Assembly (NCBI RefSeq): GCF_013177435.1
Contig: NZ_CP053627.1
Coordinates: 2,040,001 to 2,072,000, forward strand
Origin: Xylella taiwanensis
Lineage (GTDB): Bacteria; Pseudomonadota; Gammaproteobacteria; Xanthomonadales; Xanthomonadaceae
Direction: 5' to 3'
DNA length: 32,000 bases
Shown: positions 1 to 10,229 of the stretch, in pieces
Layout: each line of letters begins with the position of its first letter
Position numbering within the stretch: position 1 is the stretch's first letter
The notes under the pieces: model-generated
The model's database searches: none
What the model saw: only the letters and a program-made list of their open reading frames with translations
What the model was told of the DNA's origin: nothing
Program-made: the position numbers and the translations under genes

Positions 1-375
1 CTCTAAGATGATAAGAGCAGAAGAATGTTGGATAACGTTACCTTCTGTAAGTGTTATCCCACTCGTTTTTCTTGAGTGTTGTAGCCTACACGCAGCGTTG
101 ATGAGTAGTCCCTAAACGTCGCCAACATTGCTTCAACACCGTCACCAATCGATACGTTCGCTTGCTGCTCAAACATCACAGCAATCCATGCACATACGTC
201 ACCATCTGAGACGAGTCCGTTCTGCACTGATGCCAGTCAGGGTACCTCAGTTCAAATCTCCTCCATTGAAACACCGATGTTGACTTACTGACCAACGACA
301 TTAGTAATGAATAGAAGGGACCGTACACCCTACATCTAGAGAGATCATCAGCAACACTAAAAGCGCGCCTATTCT

Positions 376-1227
376 TCAGTCCTGACCGACTAGGATCTCT
401 GTACTCTGATGTAATCCCGCATAGACTGGATCTGTATCCGGGCGCCGACCGTGCCAGAGGGTGAAACTTTCAGCCGCTTGTTCGACCAACATCCCTAACC
501 CATCGATCGCGTAGCGAGTCTCAGCAGCATGCGCCCAGGCCAGGAAAGGGATTGCTGCGTTACCGTAATTCAGGTCTACCGCCGCGGTCATGCTGTCCAA
601 CAACGAACGTGGTAGAACAAAGGTCTGCGCATCGGACCTGTTCCCGATCGAGGTCGCGTTAACGATCAACTCAAAGCTTCCCAGGTCACCCAGGTCATCC
701 CAGTAGCGTGCACTGACCCGGCCCGGCTCGCCAAGCGCATCGCACAGCATGTCGGCACGCTCAGGGGAGCGGTTGACGATCACCATCTCGGTAATACCAG
801 CATCCAGTAACGCAGGGGCCACACCACGTGCAGCACCACCAGCACCAAGCAGCAAGGTACGGCGGCCACGCAAGTCCAAGCGATACCGCTCGGTCAAGTT
901 ACGTACCAAACCTGTGCCATCGGTATTCTCGCCATACCAAGCACCGTCGACGCGAGACAGCGTATTGACCGCACCGGCACGACGCGCCCGCGTGCTTAAC
1001 GTTGTGGACACTGCGAATGCAACCTCCTTGTGTGGTAGGGTCACGTTTGCGCCACATCCACCCTCCGCAGCAAAACGTTCCAACGCAGCGCTGAAAGCAT
1101 CTGGCGTGACATCACATGCAACGTAGTGCAGCGCGATACCCATCTGACGGCCAAACTCGGTATGGATACGCGGTGACAGTGAGTGGGTGACGGGATGACC
1201 AAACACAGCAAAACGAGACACAGGCAT
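376..1227 (-). CDS. aroE: Shikimate 5-dehydrogenase
   Basis: 283-aa ORF from the track. It contains the conserved AroE blocks '[17 protein letters not shown]', 'NVTLPHK' and 'NTDGTG', plus the glycine-rich NADP loop '[12 protein letters not shown]'. A GGAGAG Shine-Dalgarno sits about 7 nt upstream of the ATG at 1227. Confidence 0.9.
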   Translation of the reverse strand: MPVSRFAVFGHPVTHSLSPRIHTEFGRQMGIALHYVACDVTPDAFSAALERFAAEGGCGANVTLPHKEVAFAVSTTLSTRARRAGAVNTLSRVDGAWYGENTDGTGLVRNLTERYRLDLRGRRTLLLGAGGAARGVAPALLDAGITEMVIVNRSPERADMLCDALGEPGRVSARYWDDLGDLGSFELIVNATSIGNRSDAQTFVLPRSLLDSMTAAVDLNYGNAAIPFLAWAHAAETRYAIDGLGMLVEQAAESFTLWHGRRPDTDPVYAGLHQSTEILVGQD

Positions 1228-2108
1228 GAAACACTCTCCATATGGCTAGGCTGTTCGCCGGTCTATGAGGACCGATGAAAAATACGAATCCAACGTCCCC
1301 GACTGACGCATGGCAACGAGTGTACTCCGTGTCTCTTTGGAAGGGTGACTCTGACAAAACTCGCTATCGAAAGCATGGATGTCATCTCGATCCCCCCATG
1401 CACATCGCTCAACCAAGTCACACATCCTGTGAACCAACAAAGCACTGACCGATGGACTTCTTTAATATCCAAACGTAGAAGCTTTGCTCACCGACATCGA
1501 CGAATGTCACCTCCAAAAACCAGTTGGCACTCCATTGCCAGACACCATCCAATCTGAAGCATTGCCGCTGGCTTGGCACACCGTTGTCCCAGATATCGGA
1601 TCACGCCACCTGTCATCATCGAGGTACCCCGGGCAGCGACCTGGCAATACACGGATCACATAACGTAAGTGAGTTTCCTTTGGACACCGAACACTGCTGC
1701 ATACTAATAGCCATGCACTACCAGGTCTCAACAACGGTTGCAGCGCTTTGCCAAAGACAACATGAAGCCCAGCAGTGACATTCACTTACAGGTCCTGCTC
1801 TTGTGATTCCACCATGACGACACAACTCAATCACTGAGTCCAGGGATTGGCAACAATCCTGCAACACAGAACATCCATTGATGGAAACAAAAACCAACAC
1901 CGCACTGCCCAGCATCCCTCAGCACTGAGCAATCGTAACGGCTATGAAGGTGCAATCACACTGGCTGTATGAAACTGCGTTTGTAGGAACATTAGAACGC
2001 GCCTTCTGCACATTTGCATTAACTAAACGATCACTATGTGATGCAATTCACATTAATAGATTGGATAATAGATTATACTAATTAATCACGCATATTTAAG
2101 TCTCATTT

Positions 2109-2132
2109 GGCCGCCGCATGGCGGCCTTTTTT
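2109..2132 (+). terminator. Orphan Rho-independent terminator (GGCCGCC-GCAT-GGCGGCC followed by TTTTTT)
   Basis: Perfect 7-bp GC stem (2109-2115 / 2120-2126) with a 4-nt loop and a T6 run at 2127-2132. The opposite strand lacks a T-run, so it is unidirectional (+). No ORF of 60 aa or more ends near it. Only a 45-codon ORF (1944-2081) lies upstream. Confidence 0.6.
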
Positions 2133-3334
2133 ATTTCCTCACCAAACTTCTGGTCACTCAATACAAACCCTGCCAGATCAATGTGATTTACGCACATAAA
2201 AATAAAAGAATTACGGATACTTTACGTGACGTGGTTTATATATTTAAATCCTGTTACGTCTATGGCGCTTTATAGGTACTGCATCGCAAGCCTTAAACAG
2301 CCCATACCACACACACACGTGGACAAGCAATCAAACCTCTTGATTCATCCGTTCTTATCTAACATATTCAATCAATGACTGTCTTTAACCTCTGTGCTTA
2401 TTTCAACCACGCTTGGATCCAGATTCTATTTCCGGATAGGTCCGATTTCGCCCTGCCGGTTTGAGTCTGCTTCATTGACATGACTATTCACTCAGTAATG
2501 CGGTGACTCTCCTTCATTTTGATCTTCTCAGCACTTTTAGACAGATCAATGAAAGTCCTAAAGATGGTAAGCAATTGCAAGAATATCCTTGCGTGACTCA
2601 GCATCAGCATAATGAATATAACTCTTCTAACGAATCAAACTACCGTTTGTTATTACACACCCGTTGCTGACAAAGGATCATCCACCCCGACTCCCAACGG
2701 CGTGGCAATCACACCAAACCCTTTTTCTACTCGGCATACGTGATCATCTCCAGTGCAATCGCTGCTTTCTGCAGCACCTGTGCTGGCACTTGGTCTGTGG
2801 CCTCCCGACTCCACAAAAACCGCTTTCACAGTCTTACCTGTAGCGTGCAATTCCTGCAACACCCAATGAATGCCTCTGGACGTGCCCCTGTTCACTGCAA
2901 ACATGATGCACAACTGGCATGGAGTCCAATGTGTCCACCCCATGCATCCATTGCGACCGTGCTGACATATGCCTATGCCCCATCCTCGCCAACCCATGCA
3001 CCACATTCACAGATGTATTGCTGACGTCCCACCATCCAGGCTCACTGCACTGAGGGAACATTGCCCGCCCGGAGCAACACACAAGATCGAATGCAAGTCT
3101 TTGACAAACGATCCGCAGCAATCGACCTGCAACCCACGTTCAGTAAGAGTTAGGACGCAATAAACACCTCCTCTTCATCAGAAATGTCAGCCAGACGTCA
3201 TCCACGTACCGCTCACCAGTTGATTCAACATCCATCACATGCTCTCAACCACGCCCTCTACCGAGAGAACAAATCATGCGACGTGTACCCCACTGAATCA
3301 CCAATGCAGCAACATGCACGATATCTAACGCCCA

Positions 3335-4159
3335 TTGCACAATCACCACATGAACATCCCCAACATCGTCTCCGCACTCACCATCGCTGGCTCAGACACA
3401 GGCGGCGGCGCAGGCATCCAAGCCGATCTGAAAACGTTCGCCGCACATCATGTACACGGACTATCGGTGATCGCCGTGCTGACCGCGCAGCACACCCGTG
3501 GGGTTAATGCAGTCCATATACCGCCGCTGGAATTCATCGCAACACAGATCGACACCTGCTTCTCCGACTTCAATGTACACGCCGTCAAACTCGGCATGCT
3601 CGCCAATACCGAGATCATTGCACTGGTCGCCGAAGCGCTTCAGCGACATCAGCCTCCTTGCATCGTCCTAGATCCCGTCATGGTCGCCACCAGCGGCAGC
3701 ACACTTCTTGAAGACAATGCGCTGGACGCTGTACGCACCCGTCTACTGCCATTAGCCACCTTGGTCACGCCTAACATTCCAGAAGCCGAGCGGCTGCTGA
3801 ATCGTCACATCCACACCAGCAGCGACGCCGACACCGCAGCGGCAGCATTACTGAAGCTCGGCGCTCAAACGGTACTGCTTAAGGGCGGACATCTGAACGA
3901 AGGCAGCAATGTGATTGATCGTTTTGACAACGGCACAGTGCGCGAGCGCTTTAGCACCCCACGGTTAGCACTAGATGCTCACGGCACCGGCTGCACTCTA
4001 TCCTCAGCGATTACCGCTCAGCAGTGTCTTGGACTGAAACTCAATGAAGCCTGCAGAGCAGGGATTGACTACGTCGCACGCGGACTGCGTGCAGGCTACC
4101 GACCCGGACGCGGCAACGTCACCGTACTTAACCACATACTTGCCAAACATACCGAATAA
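3335..4159 (+). CDS. thiD: Hydroxymethylpyrimidine / phosphomethylpyrimidine kinase
   Basis: 274-aa ORF. '[22 protein letters not shown]', 'LTAQHTRGV', '[11 protein letters not shown]', 'LLKGGHL' and '[10 protein letters not shown]' are collinear with E. coli ThiD. The true start may be the internal ATG at 3350 ('[14 protein letters not shown]'). Confidence 0.9.
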   Translation: MHNHHMNIPNIVSALTIAGSDTGGGAGIQADLKTFAAHHVHGLSVIAVLTAQHTRGVNAVHIPPLEFIATQIDTCFSDFNVHAVKLGMLANTEIIALVAEALQRHQPPCIVLDPVMVATSGSTLLEDNALDAVRTRLLPLATLVTPNIPEAERLLNRHIHTSSDADTAAAALLKLGAQTVLLKGGHLNEGSNVIDRFDNGTVRERFSTPRLALDAHGTGCTLSSAITAQQCLGLKLNEACRAGIDYVARGLRAGYRPGRGNVTVLNHILAKHTE

Positions 4160-5769
4160 ACAAACAGGGATTGATACTCAAGAGTACCAACACCCATGAG
4201 CATTGACTGCTGTCACTGCAGATTTAGACATCACGAACCACGCACTGTCATTGCCTCAAAAACCAGAAATGACTCCAAGCGAAGCAACGCAGCCGTTTCG
4301 GCTGTTTTACAGAACATCAAACATCACCGCAAAAGATGGATCACCCATGTCCGCGCCACTGTCGATGTATTGGCCCCTTTACCCATTGTCTCATCACGCC
4401 AAGATAGGCCGATGATATGGGACATGGTGCACTCTGATCTTGCGGCAAGAGACAGGCGTCATAGCAAATACACTTGCGACATAAGCAACAGGCTTACCAA
4501 TCAAGTGTGCCTCTTCGCAATTTAACTGGAAAGATGCATCGTAACCACAACCGTAGCCTTTACAAGGTCAGGCATCTGATCGCATCTCCTCTTTTCAGGC
4601 AATTTCAGCAATACCACATCATTACCATCAGCGATGACCAAATCGTTCAGAGCCATCGATAGCACCACCTCATACATGGATGCGAACACAGCACCCATTT
4701 CGGTAATCATGCAGTCGTTGCCTCTTCATCCAGTGAATGTCATGAGAGAGCAAACGTTGCTATTTAAATGTCCATCCAAACAGCGATATGGAAAGCGCAT
4801 ACATGCGCTTTTACGTCACCTATCAAAAGAGATCAGGTCGTATGTACATTTTCACGCATTGTCAAAATACACAGACCAGTGACCTGAACACGAGAACGGT
4901 GCCAGCGTGCTTGCCATCAGACACGGACAAGCGACGAACACACATTGATACGCTCAAGGGTGCGCTCGCCTCCATTGTGGACACAGTATCCACTCAACTA
5001 TCGTGACGTTTTGCCTTGTTGTTAGAGCACGGCGCAATCACCTTCTTAGCGACGCTGAATCACTCGCGCTACACAAGCATCGACATGCTTAATGCTTACT
5101 CTTGCGAGCAATCACGGCTTTCTGTGCCAATTTAGATAAGTAATGACTCGCCTCTATCCGTCATGAGAGCTGTGGCAAGTTAGATCATCAACCTAATCTT
5201 GTAAGCCCCATGATGTTCTGGACTTGTGTTGCGATGACCATCAACCAGATCGAATTATCCAAGGCATCTATCAACAGATAGCAGGTTGGTCATGCAACCA
5301 TGTCAGGCATATGCACAACCTGAGGTGCAAGCGTTTTTGAGATCACAATGGCATGCAAACACATATGCACGATCGCAGGATTGATCAAGCATTTCCTGGA
5401 TATGCGCCTGGCCTGTCATCCCATGTACAACATCCAGCCAAACACCGTTTCACTGCCATCGGAAAACGTGCTTGTACAACGGTGTGCATGCAGCCTCATC
5501 GCTTCAGAAAATCCCCACACGCACGGTTTGGAGGAACCCATGTCAGTCGATCGCTGTTGGATCCTACTCCCCTTCTCCGTCCGGCAAGCCCTTTTGGCAA
5601 TGCTTCCACATTGCATCATTTATCTAAAAAGCAAAATTTCAACGCCAGTGAACGTCAAAAGAAACCAAGGACAGTGATTGAAGAAAGCGATACAAAAAGT
5701 AAGCCTCCCAGACAAGGAGAAAGCAGACACCACACCCTTTCCATAAGGTTTTTCTTCACAAGGTCATAG

Positions 5770-7048
5770 CATCTGAATTGAGGCGTGATACTCCACCAGC
5801 CTCTGACTCACCTACCGGACCCTTCTGCTGGAAGATCTGCTGTACCGTGTGACTGACTTTATCTCCAGCAAGGACAGCACACGGATGCCAGCCCAATGAT
5901 CGCTCCGCTTTACTGCGCTCAACATATTGAACGGTTCCTCACATTCCTGTTTCTACTTCAGCAACGACTTCACCACCCTGGAATACATCCTCCACCGTAT
6001 CACTTTCAACCAACGGCATCGCTGCTTCTTTCGCTATCCCCCTCTCTGTGAGATTTATCAACATTGGATCTTCTGCCTGCTCAATGGGGACCTTGTTGTT
6101 TTCACACATGCAATGCCTTTATCGGTCTCCTACAGGTCTTTGCGCTGTTGCTTGTACTTCTCTAGTACCTCAGCCTGTTTTTCCTTGAGCATGTGCTTCA
6201 TCCTGTATTCGGCTTCCTCGACTCCTTACTGGTTCTCTAGTAGCCACATCTGGAACGAATCATTGGTCTTGTTCAATGCAAGTTTCATTTGGATGATCTC
6301 TAGCACCAATCTCTGGCTTCCACTACGCCATTCAATATTCAACACCTTCATCCATTGCATTGACACATCATGCTCTCCTGTTGACAAGAAACACCTCATC
6401 AGAAAATAGAGTTTGGCCATCAAGAGATATCTCTACTGTTGAGGCAGCAGATCTTGCTTGAAATCAACAGTGGTGTAGAAACCAGTCTAGTCTTCTAAAG
6501 CAATACAGAAAACATTGCGTCGAGAAACTCCGAAAATCAATAAAAATCCACGCATAAGAGAACGGATGCTCTTCACCACACGTCTTATATAGCGGTGGCA
6601 CTCCGAACATATCGGAATGCAATCGTTCAACGGTACCCAGACCTGTTGGAGAATCATGTTCCAATGCCTTTGCAGAAACCTTGGCCGGCTCCCAGGGAGA
6701 TTCATATCCACTTCCAAGCACATCGCTTGCAGTAACACCGATTGACCAGCACGAACTTTAAGTCCCCCAACCGTCATCTGAGTACAAGGCATGAGGAAGT
6801 CAACAAAAATCAAGATACTGGTTTTAATACGTTTTATCTGGGCGGCAAGGTGATCAAAAAGCCTCTCCTTGTCGTATTGCTTGTATACCTCGCGCTGCAT
6901 CGTGATGTGGCAGCACACATCAGCCGAACTCATAAACAATGCGATTCGGACTGCCCATCAATTCCAGGACCTTCAATGACGACGAGCACTTCGTCATGTC
7001 AGTCACCGCAGATCAACATCGACACCCGGCTAACCACTTTACGGGCAT
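5770..7048 (-). pseudogene. Decayed coding remnants of unknown family, possibly including a RelE/ParE-like relic at the 5' end
   Basis: My hand translation of the minus strand gives protein-like segments spread over all three frames and broken by stops. Examples are 'GVEEAEYRMKHMLKEKQAEVLEKYKQQRKDL', 'ENNKVPIEQAEDPMLINLTERGIAKEAAMPLVESDTVEDVFQGGEVVAEVETG' and 'SPNRIVYEFG*' followed by 'ADVCCHITMQREVYKQYDKERL'. The long plus-strand ORF here (5927-6409) is Ser/Phe/Cys-rich junk, typical of the antisense of a real gene. No family assignment is possible by eye. Confidence 0.25.
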
Positions 7049-7082
7049 GACACCAGAATAGGATCAGAGGCACATTGGATAT

Positions 7083-9377
7083 TTAACGTGCAGCGCGCAG
7101 CAAAGCGTCCTCCACGACATCCTTGGTCAACACGTTGGGGAGCACGTTTGGTGGTGCGCCCGGGCCGTAGACCACATACAGCGGTACACCTACTGCCAGG
7201 TGCTGTTTTAGAAACGTAGTGATCTTGGCATCTCCATTGGTCCAGTCACCTTTCATATAAACAGCATCGATCCGATGCATCATGTCGTGAAAAGCATCGC
7301 TAGAGAGCACATTGCGTTCATTCGCCTTGCAAGTCACACACCAATCCGCAGTCACGTTGACGAAAACAACACGGTTATCGGCACGCAGACGGTCCAGAAG
7401 CAGCGGCGAGTAAACCACCTCGTCGCTACTGACATTCTGCGTGATCAAATGTGGCACCTTCAGTTGTGTCACACCCCAAAGCGGCAGCAAGGCCAACAAC
7501 AGTAATGCACTGGATAACCCAAGGCCCAGACGATGACCATTCCAACGGCTGCGTTCAAACCAATACAATCCCATCGCCAGCAATACCACGCCAACTAGCA
7601 GTAACGACTGTGCGTCCACACCGCGCTGCTTGCCGAGGACCCACAATAACCAGACCGCAGTCAAATACATTGGCAATGCCAAGACGTGTTTCAGTGTCTG
7701 CATCCATGGACCTGGCACCGGCAACCGGTGTGTCAACGATGGCACAAAACCAATCAGCAGAAACGGTAATGCCAAACCAAAGCCCAGTGTGAGGAACACT
7801 AACATTGCCAACAATGGCGGTGCGGTGAAGGCATAGACCAGAGCAGGGCCCATGAACGGACCGATGCAGGCGCTAGACACTACACAAGCCAACACGCCAG
7901 CGAAGAAATCGCCTAGTGGCCCACTGCGAGCCATCAGAGACTGACCTATCCCACCAAACTTGGTGCTGCTCATGGTGAACACCCCTGACAAACTCAGGCC
8001 AACGGCAAACATCAAGTAAACCAACGCACCAACAAAGCCAGGCTGCTGAAGCTGAAAGCCCCATAGTATCTGGGCCATAATCGCGATACCACCGACGACG
8101 CCAAATGAGAGCAACACACCGACTGTGTACCAAGTTGCATGGCGGCGCGCATAAGCACGGCTCTCACTACTTTTAACCAGAGCCAAGACCTTCAGCGACA
8201 AAACCGGCAATACGCATGGCAGCAAATTCAACAGCAAACCGCCGGCTAACGCCAGAGACAGTGCCATGAACAATTTACTCACACTGTGCGACGGGTGGTT
8301 TTCCAGAACATTGCCAACCACAACGGCTGGCTTACTGACCGTGCCAGGCAGCGCGTCGGGACCGGACCAACGCAATGATGTCTGGGACGGCATGTGGTTA
8401 CCTGGCAACGGTGAGACCATCAGCGGCACAGCATTAGCGCGATTCGGGGAGGAAACCTTTCCAGACGGCAAGGACAACCGCACTCGACGGGTCATCGGCG
8501 GATAGCAAATGCCATCAATTTGGCACCCCTGGAAAGTCGCTACCAGAGTCGCATTAGCGACAGGTCCTGAATAATCGCGCTGTAGCGGCAGCATCACTTC
8601 AATCTGATTGAAGTAGACCACCACATCACCGAAATGCTCGTCGTGGTACTTACTGCCCTGTGGCCAATGCGCCACATCCGTATGAACGCTCTTCACTCCT
8701 TCCAACGCCAGAGAGGTGCGGTCACGGTATAGGTAGTAACCCTTGGCTGGGGTAAAACGCAAAAGCAAATGGTTGCCATCGCCAACAATCGCCTCAAAAC
8801 CGAACGCTTGCTCGGCTGGAAGCGGCAACGCATGGATCCCTGGAGCCACTTCGCTAAGCAATGGCCGAGTGTCGAAGCGACTACTCCCCCCAACCTGCTT
8901 ATCAACCTTAGCACTTATATCCAAATCATTAGCATAGGTCGGCAACGCGACCTGCAGCGTGCGCACCTGTGGTGGGTAACAGACACCTGCATCCGCGCAC
9001 CCCTGGTAATGCACTTGCAGCGCAAGTTTACGCACGCCTTTGGCGGCCAACATGCTGCGCACCGCGGTCAAGCTTCCCCGGTAAATTTCAACGTCTCCCA
9101 AATACGAGTCGTGCTTCTTGTAACCATTTGGCAAGTTCAGCTTAGGATCGCTTTTGAAATCGCCATCATTCAAGATCCGCACCGCAATCCTGTGTCGATA
9201 AAGATAATAGCCATCCGCGATCTTCCAATGCACCAGCACATGATGGCGATCAGGAGCTGTAACGCCGACCACAAAAGCCTGTTCCACCGGAAGCAGGTCA
9301 GTTTCAGTCATGGCAACTACGGGGAAAGAAATCATTGCCAACACACAGAGTGCGGCTAAACGATGTAAGAGCGTCAT
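7083..9377 (-). CDS. dsbD: Thiol:disulfide interchange protein DsbD with a duplicated N-terminal (alpha) domain
   Basis: 764-aa ORF with a signal peptide. It has two consecutive DsbD-alpha-like modules: aa 28-146 ('PVEQAF...DGYYLYRHRI...YQGCADAGVCYPP') and aa 185-304 ('PAEQAF...KGYYLYRDRT...FQGCQIDGICYPP'). A polytopic membrane core follows with 'LLPCVLPVLSLK' and 'SSACIGPF'. The C-terminal thioredoxin fold carries 'WCVTCK'. Its start overlaps the cutA stop (ATGA). Confidence 0.92.
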   Translation of the reverse strand: MTLLHRLAALCVLAMISFPVVAMTETDLLPVEQAFVVGVTAPDRHHVLVHWKIADGYYLYRHRIAVRILNDGDFKSDPKLNLPNGYKKHDSYLGDVEIYRGSLTAVRSMLAAKGVRKLALQVHYQGCADAGVCYPPQVRTLQVALPTYANDLDISAKVDKQVGGSSRFDTRPLLSEVAPGIHALPLPAEQAFGFEAIVGDGNHLLLRFTPAKGYYLYRDRTSLALEGVKSVHTDVAHWPQGSKYHDEHFGDVVVYFNQIEVMLPLQRDYSGPVANATLVATFQGCQIDGICYPPMTRRVRLSLPSGKVSSPNRANAVPLMVSPLPGNHMPSQTSLRWSGPDALPGTVSKPAVVVGNVLENHPSHSVSKLFMALSLALAGGLLLNLLPCVLPVLSLKVLALVKSSESRAYARRHATWYTVGVLLSFGVVGGIAIMAQILWGFQLQQPGFVGALVYLMFAVGLSLSGVFTMSSTKFGGIGQSLMARSGPLGDFFAGVLACVVSSACIGPFMGPALVYAFTAPPLLAMLVFLTLGFGLALPFLLIGFVPSLTHRLPVPGPWMQTLKHVLALPMYLTAVWLLWVLGKQRGVDAQSLLLVGVVLLAMGLYWFERSRWNGHRLGLGLSSALLLLALLPLWGVTQLKVPHLITQNVSSDEVVYSPLLLDRLRADNRVVFVNVTADWCVTCKANERNVLSSDAFHDMMHRIDAVYMKGDWTNGDAKITTFLKQHLAVGVPLYVVYGPGAPPNVLPNVLTKDVVEDALLRAAR

Positions 9378-9712
9378 GGTGGGGAGCGTTCCTCGTCAAT
9401 CTCTGTATCGATCCAAGCCAAGTAATCAGGTAATCCTGCGCTGACCTGGACCGCGACTGCCTCCGGCAGTTGATAAGGATGCAGTGCGCACAAACGCGCG
9501 ATCGCCGCGTTCACGTGCACAGCGTTCGTCTTAATCAGTAACTGGATCTCTTTCGTAGTCTCGATCTTCCCCTGCCAACGATAGATTGAGACCGCGCCCG
9601 GCCATTGGGTGACACAAGCTGCCAACCGCTCCTGTACCAACACACGAGAAATGAGCTCAGCGCTGGGCAAATCAGGGCAGGTACTGAAAATTAGGTGTAC
9701 GTGAGAGGGCAT
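9374..9712 (-). CDS. cutA: Divalent-cation tolerance protein CutA
   Basis: 112-aa ORF. 'LAACVTQWPGAVSIYRWQGKIE...LHPYQLPE...DYLAWI' is collinear with E. coli CutA. The cutA-dsbD order and the 4-nt ATGA overlap match the classical cutA1-cutA2 operon arrangement. Confidence 0.9.
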   Translation of the reverse strand: MPSHVHLIFSTCPDLPSAELISRVLVQERLAACVTQWPGAVSIYRWQGKIETTKEIQLLIKTNAVHVNAAIARLCALHPYQLPEAVAVQVSAGLPDYLAWIDTEIDEERSPP

Positions 9713-10159
9713 AAGCTCACAGTGTAAAGCCTGAACGATGCCCTGATATCGGGGGCTAGCAGATTTGTGAGATTAGTGTGAAGAACGACATACTTGATAA
9801 CCCATTTAGGGATGCTCTGGACAAACTATGGACACCCCTTAATCATGTTTTTATGAGGTAAATGTCTGTAAAGTCCACTCAGACGACCATCCAAACTGTC
9901 TGACGCAGCCACTCACCAAAAAAGCTCATCAGGTCAAGCGCTGGCAAACGATCGAACCAAGTCTAGCAACCTGAAACAACACACACGGTTTACCCAGCTT
10001 GCCACGTGATACCCGTCCTCAAGCTAAAGCGTGTAGGGTTGGCTGAGTAACGCTATTACAGCCTTCAGAGTAAGTTGACCACCTCAACACACCGATCAAG
10101 GGCTCGCCGCATATGGATAAGGTTAAGAGAAGATTTTCACGAAAAATCCTCTAACGTCT

Positions 10160-10187
10160 CTTGAAAGCCCCACGCCGAGCCACATAT
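10160..10187 (+). promoter_or_regulatory. Sigma32 (RpoH)-type heat-shock promoter of groESL
   Basis: CTTGAAA (10160-10166), a 13-nt spacer, then CCACATAT (10180-10187). The consensus is CTTGAAA-N13-14-CCCCATnT. It is correctly placed about 115 nt upstream of the groES ATG. Confidence 0.6.
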
Positions 10188-10229
10188 AAGCTTAGTCCCG
10201 AGATGATCGGGCTTTTTGTACTTACAGTG

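Noticed and set aside
235-270. 'cagttcaaatctcc' resembles a tRNA T-loop (GGTTCAAATCC), so I considered a tRNA fragment or integration-site scar.
   Set aside because: The flanking bases cannot form a T-stem, and no acceptor, D or anticodon arms can be drawn from the upstream 70 nt.
3100-3334. Looked for a TPP (THI-box) riboswitch upstream of thiD.
   Set aside because: I found neither the conserved CTGAGA element nor the ACCTGATCTGGATAATGCCAGCG-like core on the plus strand. A covariance-model scan would be needed to exclude a divergent one.
2653-3507. Stack of overlapping 60-117-aa ORFs on both strands upstream of and into thiD, including an Arg/His-rich 107-aa ORF at 3184-3507.
   Set aside because: Having multiple frames open at once points to stop-codon depletion from the C+A-rich composition, not coding. 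The translations are low-complexity His/Pro/Cys/Thr-rich.
6540-6600. 'EEHPFSYAW...RRLDW' in a minus-strand frame hinted at a Fic-domain HPFxxGNGR motif.
   Set aside because: There is no GNGR after HPF in any frame. The spacing to the upstream 'LHSDMF' segment is far too short for a Fic fold.
8769-9359. 196-aa plus-strand ORF inside dsbD. Similar embedded ORFs are 16885-17466 (+), 18738-19103 (+), 20075-20569 (+), 20750-21277 (+), 22788-23183 (+) and 24111-24647 (+).
   Set aside because: Each is antisense to a well-supported CDS, lacks an RBS or any recognisable domain, and has the skewed composition (Arg/His/Thr/Gln-rich) expected of non-coding frames.
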